A stretch of DNA of 64,000 bases from Christensenella sp. UBA5489 (GTDB lineage: Bacteria > Bacillota > Clostridia > Christensenellales > UBA1242): positions 27,386-91,385 of the forward strand of contig DIPL01000014.1 of NCBI GenBank assembly GCA_002424095.1, written 5' to 3'. Positions within the stretch are counted from its first letter, which is position 1. Every line of letters begins with the position of its first letter. Both the position numbers and the translations under genes were made by a program. Below are positions 36,411 to 45,179 of the stretch, in pieces. The notes beneath the pieces were generated by a model. That model was not told the DNA's origin, searched no databases, and saw only the letters and a program-made list of their open reading frames with translations.

Positions 36411-38216
36411 ATGAATAACGAAAACAAAAATGAAAATGTGAAAAAATCAGTAAGTGTGAAAAAAGATTTAACGACAATAAGGCATTCTCTTGCACACGTA
36501 CTCGCAAAAGCCGTACAAAATATATATGGCAAAGAAAATGTAAAACTTGCAATTGGTCCAGCAATTGATAATGGACTTTATTATGATTTTGATTTACCAT
36601 CAGCAATAGCCACACAAGAACTTACTAGAATAGAAAATGAAATGCACGCTATTATAAAGAAAAGTGAAAAATTTGCGAAAAAAGTTTTATCTAGAAAAGC
36701 AGCACTTGATTTCTTTGATAACAACGAATATAAAATTGAATTGATTAATGAAATTTCCGAAAACGAAGAAATTTCAATTTATTATCTAGGAAATGACTTT
36801 TTCGACTTATGTCGTGGTCCGCATGTAGAAAGCACAGATGAATTGAAAAATATTGCATTTAAAATAGCGAACGTAAGTGGCGCATATTGGCGTGGTAGTG
36901 AGAAAAATAAAATGCTCCAAAGAGTTTATGTATACGCTTTTGAAAATAAAAAAGAACTTATGGACTATTTAACGCAGTTAGAAGAGGCGAAAAAGCGAGA
37001 CCATATAAAACTTGGCAAGGAACTTGAACTTTTTACTACGTCTGATTATATTGGGCAAGGATTACCGATTATACTTCCGAAAGGCGCACGTATAATTCAA
37101 ATCTTACAAAGATTTGTCGAAGATGAAGAGCAGAAAAGAGGATATTTACTAACAAAAACACCTTTTCTCGCAAAAAGCGATTTATATAAAATTTCAGGGC
37201 ATTGGTACCATTACAAAGATGATATGTTTTTTTGGGGCGACGAGGAAAAAGGAAAAGAAGCATTTGCTTTGCGCCCAATGACTTGTCCATTCCAATTTCA
37301 AGCATATCTCAGTAAATCAAGGAGTTATAAAGATTTACCGTTGAGATATAACGAAACTTCAACACTTTTTAGAAATGAATCAAGTGGTGAACTCTTAGGA
37401 CTTATTAGAATGCGTCAATTTTCAATATCTGAGGGGCATATTGCTTGTACGTCTGAACAGGTCCAAGACGAATTTAAAAATAGTCTTGAACTTGCAAATT
37501 TTATGCTTAAAACGCTTGGACTCGACAAGGATGTTCGCTATCGCTTTTCAAAATGGGATGAAAAAAACAAGGAAAAATACATTGGTTCGGCAGCGGATTG
37601 GGAAAAAAGTCAAAATTATATGCGAGAAATGCTTGATAAACTAGGTGTGGATTATTTCGAAGCCGATGGCGAAGCCGCTTTTTACGGACCAAAACTTGAT
37701 ATAGAAATTAAAAACGTACATGGCAAAGAATATACCTTAATCACAATTCAAATTGATTTTCAACTTGCAGAACGCTTTAAAATGCAATATACCGATTCCG
37801 ATGGTCAAAAAAAATATCCTTATGTGATTCATAGAACTTCAATTGGCTGTTATGAACGCACACTTGCATTTTTAATTGAAAAATATGCAGGTGCTTTTCC
37901 TGTATGGCTTGCGCCAGTGCAAGTGAAAGTTTTAAGCCTTGCAGAGCGCAACGAAAACTATGCAAAACAAGTTTTTGAAAAATTTATTGATGCAGGAATT
38001 AGGGCAGAACTCGACATAAGAAATGAAAAATTAGGTTATAAAATTCGTGAAGCCTCTGCTGTAAAAATTCCTTATATCATAATTCTTGGCGACAAAGAAG
38101 AGAGCGAGCAAAATATTTCTGTGCGTGGCAGAAAAAACGAAAATATGAATAACATAAATTTCAAAGATTTCTTGAATAGAATACAAAATGAAATAAAAAA
38201 TAAAACCATAAATTAA
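36411..38216 (+). CDS. thrS: Threonine--tRNA ligase lacking the N-terminal TGS domain
   Basis: The editing-domain motif HSLAHVLAKAV is already at residue ~25. Class II catalytic core (RMRQFSISEGH, HRTSIGCYERT) and a C-terminal anticodon-binding domain are present. Confidence 0.92.
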   Translation: MNNENKNENVKKSVSVKKDLTTIRHSLAHVLAKAVQNIYGKENVKLAIGPAIDNGLYYDFDLPSAIATQELTRIENEMHAIIKKSEKFAKKVLSRKAALDFFDNNEYKIELINEISENEEISIYYLGNDFFDLCRGPHVESTDELKNIAFKIANVSGAYWRGSEKNKMLQRVYVYAFENKKELMDYLTQLEEAKKRDHIKLGKELELFTTSDYIGQGLPIILPKGARIIQILQRFVEDEEQKRGYLLTKTPFLAKSDLYKISGHWYHYKDDMFFWGDEEKGKEAFALRPMTCPFQFQAYLSKSRSYKDLPLRYNETSTLFRNESSGELLGLIRMRQFSISEGHIACTSEQVQDEFKNSLELANFMLKTLGLDKDVRYRFSKWDEKNKEKYIGSAADWEKSQNYMREMLDKLGVDYFEADGEAAFYGPKLDIEIKNVHGKEYTLITIQIDFQLAERFKMQYTDSDGQKKYPYVIHRTSIGCYERTLAFLIEKYAGAFPVWLAPVQVKVLSLAERNENYAKQVFEKFIDAGIRAELDIRNEKLGYKIREASAVKIPYIIILGDKEESEQNISVRGRKNENMNNINFKDFLNRIQNEIKNKTIN

Positions 38217-38240
38217 AATAATCATTCAAAAAGTTCTGTA

Positions 38241-38268
38241 TTGACTTAGTAATAAAATATGTTATAAT
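38241..38268 (+). promoter_or_regulatory. Strong sigma-A promoter with extended -10 for the orphan two-gene operon
   Basis: TTGACT (38241..38246), 16-nt spacer, TGtTATAAT (-10 at 38263..38268). Confidence 0.55.
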
Positions 38269-38297
38269 ATATAAAATTTGGTTAAAAGCGGGATTTT

Positions 38298-38825
38298 ATG
38301 AATACAATAATGCAAGCAGATAATCTTTCTGAATTAAAAGACGCAATGCATATTATTTTTGTTGGGGAAATTGAAATTGATATTGAATCAGGCGAATATG
38401 AGCGAGTTATAGGCAAATATTATGGCGGAAAATATCAGCAAGATGGCTTAACCTTTCAAATCTATATGGATAGAAATCAAAAACGTGAATCATTAGGGCT
38501 TTTTGTTGATGCAAAAAATAAAGATGAAATTAATAAATCTTTAAAACCGTTGATAGATTTTATTTCTGAAATTATGGGCAGAACATTTCTAGGAACTGCT
38601 ATTGATAAAGAACAAAAAACACTTGCGATTGAGTGGATAAATAATAAAGATTACGCAAAGTATTCATTATTATACTATCACGAACTTTTTGAAAGAGATA
38701 AGATAAGCCAATATGAATATAACGAAGATTATGGTGATTCATATTTATCAAAATTAAATCTAAAATTAAAAGAAATAATACAATCTCATTCACATAATAC
38801 GAATGAAAAAGAAATTGAAAGATAA
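38298..38825 (+). CDS. Hypothetical cytoplasmic protein (orphan operon, gene 1)
   Basis: 175-aa ORF with no TM segment, signal peptide or recognisable motif. Confidence 0.5.
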   Translation: MNTIMQADNLSELKDAMHIIFVGEIEIDIESGEYERVIGKYYGGKYQQDGLTFQIYMDRNQKRESLGLFVDAKNKDEINKSLKPLIDFISEIMGRTFLGTAIDKEQKTLAIEWINNKDYAKYSLLYYHELFERDKISQYEYNEDYGDSYLSKLNLKLKEIIQSHSHNTNEKEIER

Positions 38826-38837
38826 TAGGAGGGAAGA

Positions 38838-39500
38838 ATGATTAAAGATATTAATCAAAATACATTTATTGAACTATTGAACCAAAATTTCGGAAATGAA
38901 TTCAAGGTAAAAGAGGCTGATATTAATTTTAATTATTTACCTTATAGAGAAAAGGTTTTAGAAAACCCTGACGAAATTCAAAAGTTTAAATTTTTCAAAT
39001 CATTTTTACAACCTAATGAAGCCGAAAAAAATACAGAATTTTTTCAGAATTTAGAATATTCGTGTAAAATAAAAATTAAAGGTTCAATAGAAAAAAATGA
39101 TTTTTGTCTTTCATATCGTGATGGTTATGGAAAGGGTTTTTTAGAAGTCGAACTTTCTGATGATAAGCAAATACCGGATAAAGAACTTATGCTAAAATTA
39201 AAAAATATTTTCAATGACTTTATGCAACAGGAATATTTTTGCGAGTTTAAAACTCAATCAATCGGATTTTTAGATTTAAAGCAAACATCTGCCATAGCAT
39301 ATATAGATGACAGTGGATCAGCACGTAATTTTTTTAATAATTTAACAAGTAGATTAGAATATACAAACTCTTTGGAATTTTTTAATATAGGACAAGAATA
39401 TGTAATTGAGATTTGCAAAAATCATAGATATAAAATGCCTATTGGAGAAAAGTTGTCATCAGAAGCGAGTTCTCCGATTTTAACGGATATGCAAAGATAA
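38838..39500 (+). CDS. Hypothetical cytoplasmic protein (orphan operon, gene 2)
   Basis: 220-aa ORF with a strong SD (AGGAGGGAAGA ATG), 12 nt after gene 1. No recognisable motif. Confidence 0.55.
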   Translation: MIKDINQNTFIELLNQNFGNEFKVKEADINFNYLPYREKVLENPDEIQKFKFFKSFLQPNEAEKNTEFFQNLEYSCKIKIKGSIEKNDFCLSYRDGYGKGFLEVELSDDKQIPDKELMLKLKNIFNDFMQQEYFCEFKTQSIGFLDLKQTSAIAYIDDSGSARNFFNNLTSRLEYTNSLEFFNIGQEYVIEICKNHRYKMPIGEKLSSEASSPILTDMQR

Positions 39501-39533
39501 TATTTTCGTTAACACATAGAATTAAATTCAATC

Positions 39534-39562
39534 AAAAAGCAATAGTTTTTCTATTGCTTTTT
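39534..39562. terminator. Bidirectional intrinsic terminator between the orphan operon and the Cys-rich gene
   Basis: aaaaagcaatag-ttttt-ctattgcttttt: 12-bp stem flanked by A and T runs. Confidence 0.75.
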
Positions 39563-39643
39563 TTATGCTCTAATTTCAAATAAATCTATACTTTTTATTT
39601 GAGTTTATAATTTCAAATTTTAATAGTTATTGATGTTTTTTAT

Positions 39644-39865
39644 TTAACAACGGTTGCATAATGTCATTCCAATTGCAAGCCAAAAGATAGGACTGCAATT
39701 AAAACCAAAATTTCCGCAACTTTGAGGGATGCAACAGTTCCCTATATGTCGCTGAAATCCGCAGGTTCCGCAACATTGCGAACCACAACAACACGGGCAA
39801 GTTGGCGGGACATAACATCCGCAACCCGAGTTGCAAAATCTTCCTAATGTACTTCTACAAAACAT
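39644..39865 (-). CDS. Small cysteine-rich protein (17 Cys in 73 aa) with a hydrophobic C-terminal segment
   Basis: Strong SD (AGGAGG, 9 nt before the ATG) and its own terminator. CC/CCC clusters (CPCCCGSQCCGTCG, GNCCIPQSCG), followed by IFWLAIGMTL and a C-terminal CNRC. Confidence 0.65.
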   Translation of the reverse strand: MFCRSTLGRFCNSGCGCYVPPTCPCCCGSQCCGTCGFQRHIGNCCIPQSCGNFGFNCSPIFWLAIGMTLCNRC

Positions 39866-40028
39866 TTGTATCTTATCCTCCTATTTTATTTTATGTAAAT
39901 TAAATTAAATTGTGAAATCACTTAATTTAATCAAATAGAAACTGAAAACAATAACTTAAATAATTGAAATTAATATTAAAAAGTGTTATTATATAATAAT
40001 ATTTTAAATATTAAAGAAAGGAATTGTT

Positions 40029-40586
40029 TTGAAATTATATAAAAAATGCCCACGCTGTAATCAAAAAGCGTATTTAAACGATGTAAAGTGTGATGAATGT
40101 GGTTTGGTTTTTTCTAGACTTAATTTTGCTTCAAATCTTGAAGCAAAAAAAGCAATTGTCAACGGAGAAAGAGAAAAGGTTATTACAACAACACAATTTC
40201 CAAGTGATTTAAAACGTTGGCTTGCCGGTGTCCTTTGTGCTTTTGGAGGATTTTTAGGTTTGCATAATTTTTATGTTGGAAGATATTTTAAAGGTGCTTT
40301 CTGTTTCATTGTATCTTTTATAACCATTATTTTGATTTTTACTTTGGAATCGACCTCAGTCTTATTTGAAACGCTATTGTGGCTTTTTCCTGCGGCTGCT
40401 GTGTTTGCATTTTGGTTTCATGATTTGTTTTTAATTGCAATTAACAAATATAAGGTTCCGATTGCACTGTTAATGCCTGAGAAAAAAGAGAAAGAAATAA
40501 TAATCGTTGAAAAGAAAGAAAAAGCGGGAAAAAACAAAGAAGCAAAGAGAAAAAAGAACGAGTCTAACCCAATAGAAGAGCAATAA
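40029..40586 (+). CDS. Zinc-ribbon plus TM2-domain membrane protein
   Basis: N-terminal CPRCNQ...CDECG zinc ribbon, TM2-type motif WLAGVLCAFGGFLGLHNFYVGRYFKG, and a K/E-rich tail. TTG start after AAAGGA. Confidence 0.7.
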   Translation: MKLYKKCPRCNQKAYLNDVKCDECGLVFSRLNFASNLEAKKAIVNGEREKVITTTQFPSDLKRWLAGVLCAFGGFLGLHNFYVGRYFKGAFCFIVSFITIILIFTLESTSVLFETLLWLFPAAAVFAFWFHDLFLIAINKYKVPIALLMPEKKEKEIIIVEKKEKAGKNKEAKRKKNESNPIEEQ

Positions 40587-40595
40587 AAGGAAAAA

Positions 40596-41759
40596 ATGAA
40601 TAAAACAAAAAAAACTGTGGTTATGGGAATGAGTGGAGGGGTTGATTCCAGTGTTGCTGCCTATCTTTTAAAGCAACAAGGCTTTAATGTAATTGGCTTG
40701 TTTATGATAAATTGGCAAGACACCAGTGGCTCATCTCATTGTAGCGCCGAAGAAGACTTTGAAGACGTGAAAAGAGTATGTAACGTTTTGCAAATTCCTT
40801 ATTACAGTGTGAATTATGAAAAAGAATATAGAGAACGAGTTTTTTCTTATTTTTTAGAGCAATATAAAAAAGGAAGAACACCAAATCCCGATGTTTTATG
40901 TAATAAGGAAATAAAATTCGGACCTTTTTTAGAGCAAGCAGAAAAACTTGGCGCAACCAACATTGCAACTGGACATTATGCAAAAAAGATTGAAATAAAT
41001 GGGAAATATCATCTTGTGAAGGCCGCAGATTTAAATAAAGACCAAAGTTATTTTTTACACCAATTAAATCAAAAACAACTTGAAAAAATTTTGTTTCCAC
41101 TAGCAGATATAACTAAACCAGAAGTACGAAAAATTGCCACCGAACTTGGCTTTTCGACAGCAAAAAAGAAAGATTCAACAGGAATATGTTTCATTGGCGA
41201 GCGAAATTTTAAAAATTTTTTAAAAGACTATTTTCCTATTCAAAAAGGCGATATAATCACGCAAAGTGGAGAAGTTGTTGGACGCCACGATGGTCTTATG
41301 TTTTATACCATAGGGCAAAGGCGTGGTCTTGGAATTGGTGGAATTAAAGGCGGTGCGGGTGGCAGTTGGTTTGTTCTTGGAAAAGATTTAAAAAGTAATA
41401 AATTAATTGTATCGCAAGGCGAAACCCATGCACTTTACTCAAATTCTTGCGAATGTGAGAATTTTAATTGGATACCTGAAAGACCAAAATTGACAACTTT
41501 CGACTGTTCTGCAAAATTTAGATATCGTCAACCAGACCAGCGAGTAACGGTTAATTTAACAACACCAGCAATAGAACAAAATTCTAACACAACGCAAAAT
41601 AAAAAAACAAAGTTTAAAATAGGAGAAGTTTTTATCAATTTTCATAAACCTCAACGTGCAATAACGCCGGGACAGTATGCCGTTCTTTATGATGAAAATG
41701 GATTATGTCTTGGTGGCGGAGAAATTATGGAAACAATAGAAACACAACAACTAATGTGA
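40596..41759 (+). CDS. mnmA: tRNA 2-thiouridine(34) synthase
   Basis: PP-loop VVMGMSGGVDSSVAAYLL, NPDVLCNKEIKF, DQSYFL and the STGICFIGE catalytic Cys context. Confidence 0.93.
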   Translation: MNKTKKTVVMGMSGGVDSSVAAYLLKQQGFNVIGLFMINWQDTSGSSHCSAEEDFEDVKRVCNVLQIPYYSVNYEKEYRERVFSYFLEQYKKGRTPNPDVLCNKEIKFGPFLEQAEKLGATNIATGHYAKKIEINGKYHLVKAADLNKDQSYFLHQLNQKQLEKILFPLADITKPEVRKIATELGFSTAKKKDSTGICFIGERNFKNFLKDYFPIQKGDIITQSGEVVGRHDGLMFYTIGQRRGLGIGGIKGGAGGSWFVLGKDLKSNKLIVSQGETHALYSNSCECENFNWIPERPKLTTFDCSAKFRYRQPDQRVTVNLTTPAIEQNSNTTQNKKTKFKIGEVFINFHKPQRAITPGQYAVLYDENGLCLGGGEIMETIETQQLM

Positions 41760-41787
41760 AAATTTAAGCAGTATTCTTGAAAAATGT

Positions 41788-41816
41788 TTGACAGCGTAAA
41801 TGTTTTAATCTATAAT
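41788..41816 (+). promoter_or_regulatory. Perfect-consensus sigma-A promoter upstream of secD
   Basis: TTGACA (41788..41793), 17-nt spacer, TATAAT (41811..41816). Confidence 0.6.
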
Positions 41817-41900
41817 AAAAAAGTTGTTTAAAAAAATTTTTAATTGAATAAAATAAACATAAAAAAATTTAACATATAAAACTTGGAGTTTGATTTAATA

Positions 41901-43226
41901 ATGAATAAAAAACTTGCAAAAAGAAATTTCATAAGTATAGCAATTCTTATAATAATATTAATCACTATGTGTTTCGCAAACTTTCCTATTCCCGCAACGA
42001 CACAAAGATTTGTAGGATTCGCAAACGCAATAACAACTGATATTGACCTTTCAGGCGGTTTTGTGGCACAGTACGAAATGAAATTTCCCGACGAAATAGT
42101 TGACAGAAATCAAAAAGTCAAAGATACCGCAGATTTTATAAATAATAAGTTAATTGAATACGGTTACAAAAGCGCAAGTGTTTCAGTCGCAGGAGGATTG
42201 ACAGAAGACACGACCGCAAATCAATTATATATTGAAGTTCCTAATCTAATGTATGCTAAGGAAGTGCTTAATGCGGTTGTCGCTGATGGAAATTTATATA
42301 TAAGGACCACGGAAACCACCGAAGTTGGGGAAAATGACCTTTCAGGTGAAGATATTTCAAACGCTTTTTCAACTTTCACGCAACTCACAGCCAGTGAGTA
42401 TAAATGGGGAACAACAATTGAACTTTCTGATGAAGGTGCAACAAAAATAAAAAAATTAACGGAAAGTGGAAGTGGTACGATTTATATTTATATCGGCGAT
42501 GAAATTTTTTCCAACATTTCCTTTTCAAACCAAATAACAGACAATTCTCTTTATGTCTACGGTTCTTCTCCGAATAAAGACTCAGCAAACATATATGCAT
42601 TTACACTTCTTATGGCAAAACAAGAAGTAAGTTTTGAACTAATTGGAGACCAAATTTCAACCATTTCGCCACTTCTCGGCGAAAATACGTTATTATTTTT
42701 ACTGATTGCCGTAATCTTGATTATAGCGCTATTTATTTTTGTAATGGTGTTGATTTTTGGTGATTTTGGATATCTTGCAGGTTTATCTCTTGCAATATAT
42801 TTTGCTTTAATTATGTTCTTTATGCAAGCCGTACCGATTTTTGTGCTTTCAATCAGCGGTATAATCGGTGCTTTAATTGGACTTCTTTTGTTATTTAGTA
42901 GTTTTTATATAATTTTTGATAATATAAAAAGCGGATATGCCGAAGGTAAAAAAATTCCATTATCGACGAAATCAGGTTTTAGTAAATCTATAATGACTAT
43001 TGTTGATTTAAATGTTATAGCAATCATTTTTGCAATTATTATATATTTTGTTGGAGCCCCGCTAACACATAGTTTTGCGTTTGCTCTCGGTTTAGGTGCA
43101 CTTTTAAATATGCCTGTTGCATTGCTTACAACTAAATCATTTACTAAATGGTATTTAAGCTTTAACAGTACAAAGCCAAATAAACTGCGTATGAAAAGGG
43201 AGGCAACAATAAATGAACTTGACTAA
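41901..43226 (+). CDS. secD: Protein translocase subunit SecD
   Basis: N-terminal TM segment, periplasmic-type domain with DLSGGF, and six C-terminal TM helices. Followed by an overlapping secF. Start uncertain: ATG 41901 or TTG 41883. Confidence 0.8.
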   Translation: MNKKLAKRNFISIAILIIILITMCFANFPIPATTQRFVGFANAITTDIDLSGGFVAQYEMKFPDEIVDRNQKVKDTADFINNKLIEYGYKSASVSVAGGLTEDTTANQLYIEVPNLMYAKEVLNAVVADGNLYIRTTETTEVGENDLSGEDISNAFSTFTQLTASEYKWGTTIELSDEGATKIKKLTESGSGTIYIYIGDEIFSNISFSNQITDNSLYVYGSSPNKDSANIYAFTLLMAKQEVSFELIGDQISTISPLLGENTLLFLLIAVILIIALFIFVMVLIFGDFGYLAGLSLAIYFALIMFFMQAVPIFVLSISGIIGALIGLLLLFSSFYIIFDNIKSGYAEGKKIPLSTKSGFSKSIMTIVDLNVIAIIFAIIIYFVGAPLTHSFAFALGLGALLNMPVALLTTKSFTKWYLSFNSTKPNKLRMKREATINELD

Positions 43227-44223
43227 ATTTTTTAAAAGCGGAATAGCAACTCTTATAATTCTAGCGCTAGGTCTTGTTTTGCTTTTTACAATGAATTTCA
43301 ATAAAAGTTTTGACTATACCGGCGGCACAATGATTTCAATCAATACAACTGAGTTTGAAATTGTAGAGGCGAAAAATAAAGTAAATGAAGTGTTAGCGGA
43401 AAATGATTTACGTGCATCCTTCATTAGTGCTGGTGAAAACGATATGGGAGATTGTTTGATTGTTAAATATCAAATTTTCGAAAATATAAATAAAACAAAT
43501 GAAAAGGTACGTAACGATTTATTTGAAACCTTTAACTATGATTCTGCTGATATTTTAGAAGAAAAATATATCACAATGCAAACAAACGCAGAACCTGCTT
43601 ATGGAGCAGAAATCTTCATAAAAGCATTTTTAGCATCACTTGTGGCAGTAGTTGCCGTTGCACTTTATATGGTTGCAAGGCATAATTTAACTTCGGGCTT
43701 TGTGATGATTGCCGTTGCGATTTTAGATTTAGGAATTATGCTTTCATTAACTATAATTGCAAGAATTCCAATAAGTCATTATGTTGGATTGGCAATTTTG
43801 GGAACAGTAGCAGTATCAATATCTATGAGTTTCTTGATTTTGAATCGAATTAATAAAAATGCAAATGACGAGAAAAATGTTTCGTTAAATAATAGCCAAC
43901 TTGTCGATATGTCAGCTAAAGAAAATAAAAATAGAAATCTTTATTTTGGACTTGCGTTTATTGCAGCGCTTACTTTAGTAGCTATATGGATTGATGGGAC
44001 TGCTAGTTTTATGTTACTAGCCTTAATACTTGGTATTTTGGGATGTGTATTTTCTTCTTATTATATAACGCCGACTCTTTGGGCAAGAGCATATTTTAGA
44101 AAGATTAAAAAACAGAAAACAACACAAGAGAAGTCCAATACTAAAAAAGATATGGGTATGGAAAATTTGAATGACGGAAATGACGACATAAGTGGAACTG
44201 TCGAAATTGATGATAATAATTAA
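43213..44223 (+). CDS. secF: Protein translocase subunit SecF
   Basis: FDYTGGT motif and a six-TM core. GGGAGG SD. Overlaps secD by 14 nt. Confidence 0.8.
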   Translation: MNLTKFFKSGIATLIILALGLVLLFTMNFNKSFDYTGGTMISINTTEFEIVEAKNKVNEVLAENDLRASFISAGENDMGDCLIVKYQIFENINKTNEKVRNDLFETFNYDSADILEEKYITMQTNAEPAYGAEIFIKAFLASLVAVVAVALYMVARHNLTSGFVMIAVAILDLGIMLSLTIIARIPISHYVGLAILGTVAVSISMSFLILNRINKNANDEKNVSLNNSQLVDMSAKENKNRNLYFGLAFIAALTLVAIWIDGTASFMLLALILGILGCVFSSYYITPTLWARAYFRKIKKQKTTQEKSNTKKDMGMENLNDGNDDISGTVEIDDNN

Positions 44224-45060
44224 ATGAATCAAAACGAAACTAAATTTAAAGATATAAAACATTCTGAACCGTTTAAACATAATAAAAAATTCGGTCAAAA
44301 TTTTTTAAGTGATAAAAATTTATTAAACGCCATTGTTGCCGACAGTGGCGTTTCAAAAAATGATGAAGTTTTAGAAATAGGTACTGGTGCGGGAGCGTTA
44401 ACTGAAGCAATCGCAAAAAAAGCGAAAAGGGTTGTTTCGTATGAAATTGACAAAAAATTAACTGAATTTTTGAAAGAAAAATTTTCTAACACAAAGAACG
44501 TAGAAATAAAATTTATGAATATTTTGAAATTTCCGATGAATGAAATTGAAAAAGATTTCATTGGCGATTTTTATATAATTGCAAATTTACCATTTTATAT
44601 AACAACTCCACTGATTTTTAAGTTTTTAGAACAAACAAACAAAGCAAAAAATCTCACTCTTATGGTTCAAAAAGAAGTGGCTGAAAAAATGGTCGCTGTT
44701 TCAGGAAATAAAAATTATGGAATTTTAAGCGTTATGATAAACTATTATTGTGATGCAAAAATAACCCGTAACGTAAAAAAAGAAATGTTCCGCCCACGTC
44801 CAAAAGTGGATTCTGCTGTCATTAAGTTGACCCGAAAACCTGATGCTTTTTATAACCCTGAATTCACACAATTTGTCGCAAAATGTTTTGCAATGAAGAG
44901 AAAAACTCTTACAAATAATCTTTTGCAAAGCAACCTTAAAAAAGAAAACATACTTGTTGCTTTTGAAAATCTTAAAATTCCGCCAATGTCTCGTGCAGAA
45001 AATTTAATTTTAAATCAATTTCGACAACTATTCTCCGAACTTACCCAAAATCGACATTAA
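44224..45060 (+). CDS. rsmA: 16S rRNA (adenine1518/1519-N6)-dimethyltransferase
   Basis: FGQNFLSDKNLLNAIV, EIGTGAGALTEAIA and ANLPFYITTPLIF. The ATG directly abuts the secF stop. Confidence 0.92.
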   Translation: MNQNETKFKDIKHSEPFKHNKKFGQNFLSDKNLLNAIVADSGVSKNDEVLEIGTGAGALTEAIAKKAKRVVSYEIDKKLTEFLKEKFSNTKNVEIKFMNILKFPMNEIEKDFIGDFYIIANLPFYITTPLIFKFLEQTNKAKNLTLMVQKEVAEKMVAVSGNKNYGILSVMINYYCDAKITRNVKKEMFRPRPKVDSAVIKLTRKPDAFYNPEFTQFVAKCFAMKRKTLTNNLLQSNLKKENILVAFENLKIPPMSRAENLILNQFRQLFSELTQNRH

Positions 45061-45179
45061 TTTTATGACCGTTTGAATTTTTATCTCATATAATATTTAA
45101 GATATATAAATATATACTTATTAAATTTATATGATTTTAAAAAAAATTATAGAATTAATTTTGGAAAAATGGAGAATTT

